64,000 nucleotides of DNA, from positions 376,588,001 to 376,652,000 of the forward strand of contig OZ024743.1 of assembly GCA_964016885.1 (NCBI GenBank), given 5' to 3'. The notes below the pieces were generated by a model. That model did no database searches. It was not told the origin of the DNA and worked only from the letters and a program-made list of their open reading frames with translations. Position numbers and translations under genes: made by a program. Shown here piece by piece: positions 1 to 13,669 of the stretch (positions within the stretch are counted from its first letter, which is position 1; each line of letters starts with the position of its first letter). The stretch comes from Eledone cirrhosa (lineage: Eukaryota).

Positions 1-139
1 GAGCTTTGACCAGCGGTCATCTTATAGCGGACGTGCGAGTTGATTTGATTAATCTAGTTTTGACATGACCAATACCCTAATCATGCTGCTATTCACACAA
101 GTCTATTTAAGTAAATGTTGTTATGTCTACTAACGTGTA

Positions 140-192
<53 letters not shown>

Positions 193-319
193 ACACACAC
201 ACACACCCCACAAACACACAAATACACGAATACTCACAAATACACGCAAACAAAGGCACAAACACAAACACACACACAGACACATACACACACAAATGCA
301 AATGCACACACAAACACAA

Positions 320-406
<87 letters not shown>

Positions 407-563
407 GTTATTATTAATGGTTCGCAATGTCTACTTCAGTTTCAGCTCTATAAACAGTATATGAATAGTTTCAATACATGGCTAGCGTACTTATTATGTA
501 AATCTATAAATAAGTATATATATATATATACTTATTTATATATATACTTATTTATATATATAC

Positions 564-599
<36 letters not shown>

Positions 600-706
600 T
601 TATTTATAGATTTACATAATAAGTACGCTAGCCATGTATTGAAACTATTCATATACTGTTTATAGAGCTGAAACTGAAGTAGACATTGCGAACCATTAAT
701 AATAAC
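407..706. repeat. 108-bp inverted repeat around a (TA)n spacer
   Basis: 407-514 is the reverse complement of 599-706; the spacer is TA plus three short CTTATTTATA copies. Confidence 0.95.
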
Positions 707-740
<34 letters not shown>

Positions 741-802
741 AGAGAGAAAGAGAGAGAGGGGGGGGGGGGGGGGAGAAAGAGGGAAAGAGAGAGACAGAGA
801 GA

Positions 803-922
803 GTTCCGGGTTCAATAGGGGGTAACCATGGTACGCAAAGTACTCAATACATTATGTAGAGTGTAAACATCGTGATTAATATAGAAATGGCTTCTGCAGG
901 ACTAGAACTGTTTCATTCAAAA
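803..922 (-). mobile_element. PLE terminal fragment, family B (3' half of HHR plus tail)
   Basis: Minus strand reads GAATGAAACAGTTCTAGTCCTGCAGAAGCCATTTCTATATTAA; homologous to 3329-3480, 34160-34299 and 52160-52316. Confidence 0.7.
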
Positions 923-982
923 GGAAAGCTTTCATGTGACGAGTTTGGTAGAAGTGTGTTCCACAACAGTTAAAGATATATA

Positions 983-1043
<61 letters not shown>

Positions 1044-1373
1044 ATATATATACACATATATATGCATATATATATATATATCAAGTAAAAATAACGGAGC
1101 AATGGACTCGCGTATAATCCTGTAATTAAATGAGCTCAAAGGAAATAGTTTTCCTGGGCACATTAAAATACAATATATAGAGGGGGGGGGGGGGGAGACA
1201 CGGGAAAGTGTGTCTTTCATTACAGGAATTTCGAACCACCAGCGTGAGAAGAATATAAGCTACTAGAGGCTTGGTAAAACATTAAAATTAAAAGTATAAA
1301 TTGAAATGAAAAACCATCCTCACCTAAATCACACACGTACACACTCACCAGGAGCATGTTTCGCCATTTTAGT

Positions 1374-1656
1374 GGCACGTGGCCTAGTGGTAAGAGTGTT
1401 GGACTTACGATCATAATGTCGTCAGTTCGATTCCTGGGTTGCGTGTTGTGTTCTTGAGCAAAACACTTCATTTCACGTTGCTCCAGTATACTCAGCTGAA
1501 AATGAGTACCAGCAATAGCTGGAGGTTTAACCCTGCGATGGAGTGGCGTCCTGTCCAGAGGGGAGTCTTGTACTCTCAGTCGCTTCACGCCATGAAACCG
1601 GGACAAGCACTAGCCAAATGAGCCTTCTGGCTTACGACAGACTTTAGACTTTTAGA
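1374..1656 (+). mobile_element. tRNA-derived SINE (family 2)
   Basis: A box TGGCCTAGTGG, B box GTTCGATTC, CCCTGCGATGGAGTGGCGTCCTGTCC body, ACTTTAG-repeat tail; second copy at 57340-57606. Confidence 0.85.
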
Positions 1657-1682
1657 TATATATATACATATATATATATGTG

Positions 1683-1733
<51 letters not shown>

Positions 1734-1765
1734 ATATATATATGTACATATATATATACATATAT

Positions 1766-1861
<96 letters not shown>

Positions 1862-1890
1862 GTGGTTACACAACAGTTAGTTCACCATAC

Positions 1891-1928
1891 CGAGAACAAT
1901 TGTTTCACCTTAGCGGATCCTCAGCTCG
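1891..1928 (-). ncRNA. Minimal type I hammerhead ribozyme (mirror copy, family A)
   Basis: Exact reverse complement of 1942-1979. Confidence 0.75.
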
Positions 1929-1941
1929 TAAGGGTTCATTA

Positions 1942-1979
1942 CGAGCTGAGGATCCGCTAAGGTGAAACAATTGTTCTCG
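1942..1979 (+). ncRNA. Minimal type I hammerhead ribozyme (family A)
   Basis: CGAG-CTGAGGA-TCC GCTAA GGT-GAAA-CAATTG-TT/CTCG: stem I CGAG:CTCG, palindromic stem III, GUU triplet. Confidence 0.8.
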
Positions 1980-2145
1980 GTATGGTGAACTAACTGTTGT
2001 GTAACCACTTCTACCTAACTCGTTCCATGGACTGAGTGCTCTACCACTACGGATATTACCTTCCAGTGTTCCACCACTATATATATATATATATACATGT
2101 ATGTATAAATGTATATATATATATGTATATATATATGTATATATG

Positions 2146-2192
<47 letters not shown>

Positions 2193-2978
2193 CACTCAAT
2201 CAATCTCTCTCTCACTCTATCTATCTATCTATCTATATGTCTGACTGTCTGTCTGTCTCTCTATGTATGTATGTGCGTATGTGTATGTACGTGTGTGTAA
2301 AATCAATGAAAATATAAGTGATTCACAGAACTTTCCAGACAAGATATGAATTCTTGGGTAGCAAAAGGCCAACTTTCCTATCTTGTCGGAGAAACATTGT
2401 ACTCACACACACACACACGCACTCACATGCATTCGACACACACACACACACACACACGCATAAACAGTACGGGCATACTTGTATACATACATATATAAAT
2501 ATATATATATATATATACATACCTACATTCATACATACATAATACATACATACATACATTTATATATACACATACATATATACATAAATACATATACATA
2601 CGTATGTACATACATACATGCATACACACATACACACATACATTCAAATATATATATATATATATGTATAAATGCCTACATACATATATACATAATATAT
2701 ACGTATATACATATATGTATACATACATAAATATATATATATATATAAATACCTACATTCATATATACGTAATATATACGTATATACATATATGTATACA
2801 TACATACTTACATACACACATACATACATACATACATACATACATACATACATACATACATAGTCGCACGATACATATGATATATATAAAATATAATTAC
2901 AATTTTTACATACATATACACATACATACATACATACATACATACACACATACACACATACATACATACATACATACA

Positions 2979-3010
<32 letters not shown>

Positions 3011-3182
3011 CATAGTCGCACGATACATATGATATATATAAAATATAATTACAATTTTTCTCCCGATAAGGAACAGGGGAAAATTGCTTTTACACGTCAC
3101 TAGATACCTACCTACCTATCCTTGTTATCTATGTGTCGCGTTATCTGTTTATGCCCTCACACATGCACATCCATACAACCCC

Positions 3183-3332
<150 letters not shown>

Positions 3333-3408
3333 TCGGGTTCAATCGAGGGTAACCATAGTAAATAAGGTACTCACAATACATTAGTAGAGTGTAAACATCA
3401 TGTTTAAT

Positions 3409-3466
3409 AATGGCTTTCCTGATGATTTCTTTTGATTGAAACAGTTCTATTCCCGTAGAAGCCATT
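3409..3466 (+). ncRNA. Type I hammerhead ribozyme motif (family B)
   Basis: GGCTTTC-CTGATGA-TTTCTTTTGATT-GAAA-CAGTTCTATTCCCG-TA/GAAGCC; stem II is weak; the stem I 5' strand may derive from the adjoining inverted arm (3329-3415). Confidence 0.6.
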
Positions 3467-4843
3467 TCTATATTAAACATCTTGTAGATGGAACGTCTGA
3501 TGCCACTGATATCGCTGGCTGTTGTTTGCTGTAGCGTTTTCCCCATCTGAGTGCAGCTGAGATATACACTCCATTTGAGAGAGTAGATTTTAGCCTCTCC
3601 ACTTTTTCTTTTTTTTCATTTATTTTCCATCTTACATTGAACTGTGTTTTGTGAATTCCAAATAAAATATAAAATCTTTAAAGATTTTAGAACTAAAGTA
3701 TCGATATATTTCACTCAGTGTTCGACTCCAGTCTTTTTCTAATGTTTATTTTTATTATATATGGAGTTCAATGTTTTAACCCTTTTGTCTCTACATTCCT
3801 TTTAAGTAGACTGCTAATGTGTTTGAAGTAATTTTTGATATACAAGATGTTCAAAAGAGCTTCAGAAAAATATCTCTAATGTTATATATTCATATATTAA
3901 CCAACTGGAATATTTTGTTATTTAAAAAGTTGTAACACTTTCGTATAGAGTCTTAGGAACGTTGGTATTAAACAGTTTTTGCGTCAATGGCCAACCAGGG
4001 AAGGCTAGCTATAGAAAGTGTAGCATCAATGGTGGTGCCTCAGCATGGCCTCAGCCTCTCGGCTGAAACACGTAATAGAGTAATATAGTAATAACAGGAG
4101 CTTTAGTATTAAACACTGAGAAGAGATAGACTTAAACACCTTAGTATGGACAGCCTTAGAGAGGGTTGGTATCAAAAGAAAAACCCTAAATAATACAGCT
4201 GTAGCATGATAGAGTGGTACGGTTCATGAACTGGGACACAGATAGCTTATCTTCGCAAGCATTAAGACTACGTAATAATTAGGTTTTTAAAAACAATTAC
4301 TCGTTCATCTAACTTTACCACAGAACAGGAAACGATTAATAAATCACCACATCCATACACGCCTACCCAACTACTTCCTCCCTTTCCCAGTAAACATTTA
4401 GTTTCCTGTATCTACAGGGGATTATATCTTCTTCTTACTTATTCTCTATTCCCCTCTCACACTTCTCTCTCCTTCTCTGGAAGACATAGGCTGTGGTCAG
4501 ACCTTAAGAGGGACGGGCCCAGTCAGGTTTAAAAAGCCAAAGACATTATGTCATTACGGCGCCCCTACAACTCTACCAGATGATATGGGTCCACACATAC
4601 ATACATCTAGAAGAAAAGCCTCTAAAATTACGCGAATTCGAAACGAAACAGCGATCTGGTGACGAATGTTGGTAAAAATTATTTCACTTGTAACCTTGAG
4701 AAAAGCATGAACGTCACAACATCCTATCTGACTCCCTTTCTTTTCTCCTTCACTAAAATTACATCTTTGTGTCAAGTCAGAAAGAAACTGTTTTGTTTTC
4801 TGTCAAAAAGTTTGTTTTACGCTGAGGTTGAGAGAGAGTGAGT

Positions 4844-4914
<71 letters not shown>

Positions 4915-5214
4915 GGAGACAGAGGAAAAGAAGCAAGGATAGAGAAAAGGTGAAAGACGTGATCATTTTCCAATGCAACTTTTTTTTTTTTGTTCAGTCA
5001 ACAAATTTCAACACTTCCGCTCAAACATGTGTCCTTCAAATTGAATTTATACAAAGCATTGTACACACACTAAAGGTAACAACAGTGTTTTAACGGAAAA
5101 TAGGACAGTGAATTGCTATATTTTAACACCAAATTGAAATCGTTGGTTGATAAAACAATTTAAGCAGATGACTGGTGCCATAATCTATCACAGTACAACA
5201 GTAAAATAAAGAGG

Positions 5215-5398
5215 GCGCCTTGAGGAGTTGTGGGTACATTGTGATAAAGGGAATACTTTGATAAGTACATTAATATCAAGGGAATACTTTGAGGAGTGGT
5301 GGGTACATTAAGATCAAATGAAATCTTCGAGGATTAGTGACTACATTAATATCAAGGGAATATTTTGAGGAATTGTGGGTAGATTAATATCAGGGGAA
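5215..5398. repeat. Degenerate ~39-bp minisatellite
   Basis: About five copies of GGGAATACTTTGAGGAGTTGTGGGTACATTAATATCAAG. Confidence 0.75.
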
Positions 5399-5523
5399 TG
5401 TACCTTGCTTTCGCTGAAGTTTTATGCACTCATTCAATTGCGAGCAGTTAGAATCGCCCTTTCGATCCTCTCTCTATTGATCCAGCGGAACATCTAGGAT
5501 GTGACAGTTGGCAAAAAAGCGAG

Positions 5524-5657
5524 CTACACCAGCACTGAGCTGGTACTTTCTTTATCGATCTCAAAAGGCTGAAAGGTGAAGTGGTGGACCTCGGCGGGAT
5601 TTGAACTCAGAATGCAGAGATCCAGAACAAATAGCCTACGCTCTAGCGACTCTGCCG
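5524..5657 (-). mobile_element. SINE family 1, diverged
   Basis: Reverse complement of the CTGAGTTCAAATCCCGCCGAGG...CTTTCA...GATAAA..GTACCAG core. Confidence 0.8.
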
Positions 5658-6188
5658 AAACAAGTCCTTTAAAGTTTAGACGAATAAGAAAGCACTTTCG
5701 ACACTCTACTCTTTCTACCACCACTCCTCTTACACCTCCTTCTCCTTCTCCCCCATGATTGCTACTACCACCATCACCACCGCCGCCACCCAACTGGTTC
5801 AATGTAATAAATATGGAATGATTGGAAAACAGAAGCAATTAAGCTTTGTGTACAAGACATATTGAATGAAATTAATATTAATAATAATATAAATATGTAT
5901 TTTATTGTCTTCTCTATTTATTTATTTACACAAACAAGGAAAATTTTAAAGAATAGGAATTCAAAGACGTTTGTTTCGGAAAAATGAGAAAAAAATTGAT
6001 TTATTCAAAATATTAAGAAACCTTTAATATCAAAGAAAGTACGGTGAAAATATTTAACAATTTGTATTTTTATTTTTATTTTATTTATTTCACACATTTT
6101 TCACTTTTAAAATCCATAAATTATTTATTGTGGAAATATATTTATTATATTTATTTAAAAGATATGAATTTCCTGGCAAGAATAAATA

Positions 6189-6219
<31 letters not shown>

Positions 6220-6732
6220 TCTTTGCTTAAACTTTAATCTGTTATTTTAATAAATATATATATATATATATGAACATATTTTCCGAGAAGATTAAAAATT
6301 TAAAAAAAAATATGTACTTAATCAAAAATATTGAAGATTTCTCACAACAAATAACAAAAATTTTGATAAAGAGATTTATAAAATTTGTTTAATTATTAAT
6401 GACAATTGTAAAGCATTTTCACGGTGATTATTTTGGGAATTATGTTTGATCTGGTTTTATTAATATATATATTTTTTTTTCATCTGAAATAATGAAAGCG
6501 AGTTGGCTTATAAAATAATCTAAGTTTGTGTTAACATATTCCTTTAAAGTTTAGCTTCAGCAGTCCTTGTATCACATAACCTCTGGTTCAATCTTTCCAT
6601 TGATTTCGATTCTGCTTCATTAGAAATAACACATTTAGTGCAGCATTTTTCTATATCCCTCCACATTTCTGGAATTCTTTGTCAGCAGATATTAAGAACG
6701 TTAAATGATTATATATAAATTATTTTAATTGT

Positions 6733-6930
6733 CAATATCGGTAGAGCGCCGGTCAACATGATTTGCTACATAGTAACGTCCCTCTATGTTCTGTTTCAAA
6801 TCCCGCCGAGGTTAGCTTCACCTTTCATCCTTATGGCGTCGATAAAATAAAGTACCAGTAATGCACTGGGGTCGATTTAATCGACTTTGCCCTTCACCCA
6901 AAATTGTTGGCTTTGTGCCTAAATCAGAAA
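6733..6930 (+). mobile_element. tRNA-derived SINE family 1
   Basis: TCAAATCCCGCCGAGGTTAGCTTCACCTTTCATCC...GTCGATAAAATAAAGTACCAG...TTGTGCCTAAATCAGAAA. Confidence 0.9.
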
Positions 6931-7245
6931 ATCAGAACCACTAATTGTAAACAGAGCGGTTATTTAAAAAGCATTTGGGGAAATTTGAGATATGTGCGTC
7001 CTAACACAAATATAACTAAAACCACTGCAGACGGGAAAAAGGGAGACAGGAGCCCTTCTGTCTACTTTCCCTCGTATCTAGGAGTACTTTATTCGATTTT
7101 CTAGTGATCGATTATTATTAGAGTCATTTGCGTCGGGATGTATAAATTACAAATATATAAATTAAGTTGAACCTTTAACCCCATATTTGCGAAGCAAACC
7201 TGTTAATAAGCACACTAGTCACTTATAAGAACTCGTTGAAATAAT

Positions 7246-7462
7246 GGTTTCTGATTTAGGCACAACACCATCAAGTTTTGTGGGGAGGAGGAAGTCGATT
7301 AAATCAATTCTACTGCGTTACTCGTACTTTATTTTATCGATCGCGTAAGGATGAAAGTCAAAGCTTACCTCAATGGGATTTGAACTCAGAATGTAAAGTC
7401 CGTAATTCTATGCCGCAAAGCATTTTGTCCGACGCTCTAACGATTTTACCAATCCACCACCC
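7246..7462 (-). mobile_element. SINE family 1, full length
   Basis: Reverse complement of the family consensus from head to tail. Confidence 0.9.
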
Positions 7463-7812
7463 TAACTCGTTGAAATAATGTTATTTAACAACAAAGATTT
7501 CTTAATTCTAAACAGATCAACTAGTGTAACTTGTAATATTTTTTATTTCAGAGCAAGGCTGCTTTAATAATTATCACAGTCATTTATCATAATCTTTATA
7601 GTATTATAACGATGTCAAGATTGATATGTGTTTGTTATTAATTAAACTGATCACTTGATTATTGTAATAATTAGTTGCTATCAAGTTTAACATTTACAAA
7701 TACGTTTGTATACATGATGGTCTAATATTAGCTTACTGATTACAAAGTACCACAATGATAAAGTACGATCTGCCTTTTGAACATTTAATATAACTATTTA
7801 AACTGACAGAGT

Positions 7813-8082
7813 GAAGGTGTGTGGCTTAGGTATTAAGGTGATTAGCCGCGGTCGTGAGTTCGATTCACGCAACACACTATTTTTATATTGTTCCAGTCCA
7901 CTCAACTGGCAAAGATGAGTTGTATTTGTGGTTCAAAGGGCCAGCCTCGTCTCACAGTTTCACACTGACTGTCCCTGAGAACCACATTTAGGGTGCACGT
8001 GTAAGTAGAATGCCTAGCCAGTGGCTCATTGATTTCACGCACATGTTCGGTGGCTCATGACAACTGGAACACCCATTATCGG
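7813..8082 (+). mobile_element. tRNA-derived SINE family 3, diverged
   Basis: A/B-box-like head (GTGGCTTAG, GAGTTCGATTC); body homologous to minus-strand copies at ~44742-44910 and ~50272-50430. Confidence 0.65.
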
Positions 8083-9242
8083 CCCATCACATCACATCAC
8101 ATAAACACACGTGAAATAACTATCTATTACGTTTGGAACACAGTTTAATACCAGTATCATTACTTTTTTATTCACATCTCTTAATAGTAACCTAGTAAAC
8201 TAATTATGACCCATGTCTATTTTAAGGCGTTTGACAATGTATCAACGATTTATATAAGTTTCAAGTGATTGCTTAAATGAAGAAAATTTTTATATAATTT
8301 TAAACTGATTTATTCATACTAGTGTTGGCTTCTTGGTTATAATCACATTTCTGTCGTTGTACGTTCCGACCTTCTTCAGCTCTTTGTTATATTGGGTAAT
8401 ACACTCGGATTTTCACGGAAACCTTTTTTTTTTTAGATAATTCTTTTTCAGTTATCAATATCTGGCGTTGGTGGTTAGTCCATCACCCGACTGAAAAACA
8501 GCCTCCTGTTGTTTGATTGCTTTTAATAAAATCCACTCTATGGTAAGTCAGGATGTCTTGGAAATGATTATGGGTGCTACCCTTATCTGACTAAAGTGAT
8601 AACACCACCACGAAAAACAAATATTTTAAGGCCATTTTCCTCGAGAAAGCTTTTTGGGTACCATAACAAGTTTCATGCTCGCCATGGCCTTCACTTTGTA
8701 CTAATATTTTATGATCGGATAGTTTTTCTGTCGCAAATTCTTTTGGTCACCTATTACAACATACAGTGATATGGTGTGCCCATTTTCAAACCGGATACAC
8801 ACAGAAATCGATATTTTTCAAAATCAATAACATTTCCTTGCCTATCTTAAGATATTTTCCATCAATAAATTATTGATTTATTGATGATCGATTCACCCTC
8901 CTTCATATGTAAAAGAGTATGATGAATTCGGAAGCATTTTCTTTCTATAAAGAATACGTTTTGTATATTTTAAAATATGACAGAAGCATGTGAGAAAAAG
9001 ACAATCACTGAAAGCCAAAAGCAAATCCTCGGCGAGGCGTAAACCTGATTTGTAACAGAATGGAGTAGTTATAACAGCACCAAGCTTGTGTTGGCTGTGT
9101 GGTTAACGAAAGGCAGAGGTGCGCTACAGAGTGGGCCAAATGAACTAGAATATTTTGTAGTAGTATCAATGCTACTTGGTTCCACGAGAGGGAATAATAC
9201 TGTCGGTAGATGTAAAAACTGATGAGCTCTCCAGTTGGCAGT

Positions 9243-9563
9243 GCACAAGGCCAACAATCTGGGGGAGAGAGGAAAGTCTATTAAATTAACTCCAGTGCTT
9301 TGCTGGTACTTTTATCGACTCCGTATGGAGGAGAGGCAAAGCTAACCTCGGCGGGATTTGAACTCAGAACGTAAAAACCTTTAAAAAGTCAGCTTTAACT
9401 ATACTATAAGCAACCATAATAACGATTTCTACTATAGGCACAATGCCAGTAATTTGTGGGGAGGAGAAAGTCGATTAAATCGACCTTAGTGTGCGACTGG
9501 TACTTTATTTTATTGACCCTGTAAAGATGAAAGGCAAAGCTAACTTCGGCTGGATTTGAACTC
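9243..9563 (-). mobile_element. Two 5'-truncated SINE family 1 copies
   Basis: Core motif at 9243-9375 and 9425-9563. Confidence 0.85.
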
Positions 9564-10318
9564 GGTTATATGCAACATAATGTTAGAAGCATCCTGTGTG
9601 AGAAATTACTTGATGTACTGAGAGATAATTGTTGATTTTCGTATTCACTATACGTGAAGGTTAAAATTTGCTTGTCATCGGTTTGTCGTGTAAGTTGATA
9701 GGACGGCTGATTGTGTTTCAATGGCAACATACAGTTGATTTAGTCGATCAATTATTTACTCTCTCTTTATATGAACAAGGTCTATTTTGAGATAAATATA
9801 GCCTGGATTGTTAATAAGCCTTTCCCCACCCTTTTCTAATGACATATACTGTAATTAGAATGAAGTTAATTAAATATCAAATGTTATGTATATATCCGAA
9901 TGAATGATTTTTGTGTGCGTGTGTTTATGTGTGTATGTATGTGTGATTGTGCGTGTCTTAGAGAGAGAGAAAGAGGGTTACTAAATGACCAATTCAGTAT
10001 CTCTATGTAGTTTGTTTGATTTAGAAAATAATTAAGGTCATTGAACTTCGTGTAGTAATTGGTTGAAGTCATTAGTAAACATTTTGAAATTACTAATCAA
10101 AATTGTTTGAAACCACCCCTTAAATCATCCGTAAGCATTCGTTTTCAAATGTTGTTTGGCCGAACTGCTTGATATAACAACCAAATCACTCTCAAATCAT
10201 ATACTCTCCTGGGTTGTAAAAAGGAAAAAACATATTGGAAATTATATACACATATATATATATATATATATATATGTATACATTGAATAATATACGGGAT
10301 GTTTATGTAGGCGCACCA

Positions 10319-10354
<36 letters not shown>

Positions 10355-10525
10355 TTTATATATATATATATATATATTTAATGCGCCTTTGATCATGGGT
10401 CTACTTGATCAGAGCTGACTCCTGGGGTTGACCCAAAACAACAACAACAACAACAAAACAACAAGATCAATAATTGTTCTGTACTATTTGACATAAGTCT
10501 ATTCCCTTTGTTGTTTGAACATACG

Positions 10526-10601
<76 letters not shown>

Positions 10602-11206
10602 CACGTATTGAATTTATTTGAATTGGGTTAATTTTGTTTGCAAGAGTTATGACTTTTCTGTCTTTGTAAAGCTGTTTGATGATAATTGTTCGAAAGAGTC
10701 CTTAACTAAAAGGGTGTGTTTACGTATAGTTGTATTGTGCGTGTGTGTGTTGATTAGCTTTATAAGTGAAATTCATCCCTTTTGAACTAAGAAAACATTC
10801 TCTTTAATAAGTATTTGATATATTGTGTTTAGGTGTGAGAGGCGGAGGGTGTTTATTCAATATGAATCTAAATTTCGCTGAGGTCATTCTAGTCTTTCAT
10901 AATTTTAGGGTCAGTGAATTAATTACCATTCTAAGAATTGTTTGAGTGTCGGACATGATACCTCGTGGTATCTCTTTCGGCCCTATGCGTTCTGGGTTCA
11001 TCTGCGCCGTCACTGGTGCCAAGCTGTATTGGCTTTTACCTTTTCTTTTGGAGAACATCAGTGGCATGACGAGAGAACACTTGCATGCATGGGCGACTGC
11101 TGGTTTTCCACAAAAATCCTTGCTCAGGCTTATGTCTTGAAGAGTAACTTTCCATGTGTAGATTTATGGTTTCACGAGAACCATCTACACAAAGAAGAGG
11201 TCTTTG

Positions 11207-11685
11207 TGTACTGAGTTGACAACACGTTGATGTACTCTGACAACATATTGATGTGCTGAGCTGACAACACAGTGATGTACTGAGCTGACAGCGTAGTGAC
11301 GTACTGTGCTGATGACACGTTGATCTACAGAGCTGACGACACGTTGAGCTACTGAGCTGACAGCGTAGTAATGTACTTAGCTGACGGTACGTTGATCTAC
11401 TGTATCAACATATTCATATGTTGAGCTATCAACACATTGATCTATTGAGGTGACAGCACTATTATGTACTGAGCTGATATCACGTTGATCTACTGAGCTG
11501 ATAGCACGTTGATCTACTGAGCTGACAGCACACTGATCTACTGAGCTAATTGCACGTTGATCTCTGAGGTGTGAACACATTGATGTATTGAGCTGACATC
11601 ATATTGATTTGCTTATCTGACAGCATATTAATCTATTAAGCTGAGATACTCACCAGACAAATCATTGACGTACTCATCTGACACA
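11207..11685. repeat. 24-bp minisatellite
   Basis: About 20 degenerate units of TACTGAGCTGACAGCACGTTGATC. Confidence 0.9.
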
Positions 11686-11861
11686 TTTATTTCACATGTT
11701 TGATAATAGAAATAAAAGCTTTCGCCGTATGCTTGACTAAAGAAATTTTAGCCTGATAGTGGGGTTTAGAGCCCTCAAAGAAATGGGAAAATATGTACGT
11801 CAATACTAATCTTTTTCCATTTCTTTTGGGGTTTTAGACCCCACTATCAGGGTATATATAT

Positions 11862-11921
<60 letters not shown>

Positions 11922-12449
11922 TTATATACACACATGTACATATACATTTATATGCGTATATATATATATACTGTATATTATAAATATATTCATGCACAAT
12001 TGGTCATACTTATTCTTGTAATCTATATGAGCGTGGCCACACCGCCAAGCATTTAAGAGAACTTAACCTATAAAAGAAAGTGATAATCACTGCAAATTGT
12101 GCTTTCATGGGATTTGAAATAGGGCCAGTTTTTGATGGCTGCTTTTCATGGAATATCATATATTCCTGCACAGTAGCTTGCTAAAACACCAGTTAGTGCA
12201 ATTGCATTTATGTTAAATATAGGGTCTTACATAAATATGTAAACGATACAATAGAAAATATAAACTGCGTGGGAGATTGGTGATTATCCCGTCGCCCACG
12301 CTGCCTCAAGAGGTTAAATCCTCCCCCCACCGATATATTTACGACCTTTTTTTAAAATTACAATTCACGTGATATGGGTCTTTGCTTAATAAATATCTAA
12401 GTAATGATGGCATTGGTTACATTAACGTAGAATATGAAATATATATACG

Positions 12450-12620
12450 CGGCGAATTGGAAAAGCCATTAAAATGTCGGATATAATGCTTTGCGGTATT
12501 ATTTTAAGCTCTCAGTACTCTGAGTTCAAATCCCGCCGAGGTCAACTTTGCCTTTCATCCATTTGTGGTTGATAAAAATGTACCAGTTCAGTCCAGTCGA
12601 ATATGGGCGTCGATTCTTTC
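12450..12620 (+). mobile_element. SINE family 1, diverged
   Basis: GGCGAATTGG head; CTGAGTTCAAATCCCGCCGAGGTCAACTTTGCCTTTCATCC. Confidence 0.85.
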
Positions 12621-12944
12621 TCTATATCTCTTTCTCACATTCTTTCTCTATCGCTCTATCTATCCTTCTTTGGAAAAAATCGACTATGGTCAGACACGAA
12701 GACGATATGGGTTCTGCCAGGTTAAGAACATTTCCAAAATAGGTTTTATGTCCCTACGATGCCTCTACGATACCACCATGAATTACAGGTTCATGTATGT
12801 ATGTATGTACTCGTAAATTCTGGTATTGTAGGATCGCCGAAGTAACATGCAGCGTGTCTTGGGCATTTGAAACCTGGCGGAGCCTAACCATCTCCACGTC
12901 TGAACACTGTCTATTTCTTCCAGAGAAAATGAGGGAAGAATCAA

Positions 12945-13076
12945 CTCCAGATACTGAACAGGGACTTTTTTTTATTGACCTCGAATAGATGAAAAGCAAA
13001 GTTGATATCGATGGAATTTGAACTCAGAGAGCTGGAACATTGTATACGACGTTCTAATGACTCTGTCATGCACTGC
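12945..13076 (-). mobile_element. SINE family 1, diverged
   Basis: GATGAAAAGCAAAGTTGA...ATTTGAACTCAGA. Confidence 0.75.
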
Positions 13077-13669
13077 CTTCCTACAGGTTCATACATACAT
13101 ACATACATACGTTCACACATATATGCATGTATACATACATACATTCACACACGCTACATACACACACGCACACACACACACATACATGCATACGTACGTA
13201 CGTACATACATATGTTAAATATATACTTTATAAGTGAATAGGTTCTTGTTATGGGTTTGTTCTTGTTAATGGTTTGACATTTAACCATCTATCAACACCG
13301 TCCCTTAATACAGAGAAAATATAATCACTACTAGATGATTGCCATCTTGAAAACATGTCACGTAGATATGCAACGGTTGTTAGCGGTTAAAGAAACTGCT
13401 TGTTGCTTCTCGTTAATTCCGTAGATAGATGCTTACATCGCTCAGCACAACCTAGAACATATCATCATCATGTAATTAATAAGACATCGTGAAAACCCTG
13501 ATATCTACCCCCTTTTCATTTTAAAATCCAACATTCTATGTTATTGAGAACTATTTTGATACCTTAGCCAGATTTCTACTTGATAAGATTCAGAACATAA
13601 TGACAACACGTCCATCACATATCAACTACTTTAAGTGATTTCCTTTCGGTCGATGTGTTGTGGACAAAA

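Larger units (their letters stand above)
1857..2013. repeat. 75-bp-arm fold-back palindrome of PLE family A
   Basis: 1857-1931 and 1939-2013 are exact reverse complements with a 7-nt spacer; the element continues to ~2077; TA tracts on both sides. Confidence 0.95.

Noticed and set aside
1374-1450. tRNA-like sequence with A and B boxes
   Set aside because: SINE head; no complete cloverleaf, and it continues into a SINE body with a second copy elsewhere
4572-4662. Possible degenerate hammerhead (CCAGATGA...GAAACAGCGATCTGG)
   Set aside because: Core incomplete, stems II and III unconvincing, and no second copy to test it
8345-8383. Minus-strand CTGAAGA-AGGTCG..CGACA-GAAA motif
   Set aside because: Probably an old HHR relic, but stems I and III cannot be formed; not counted
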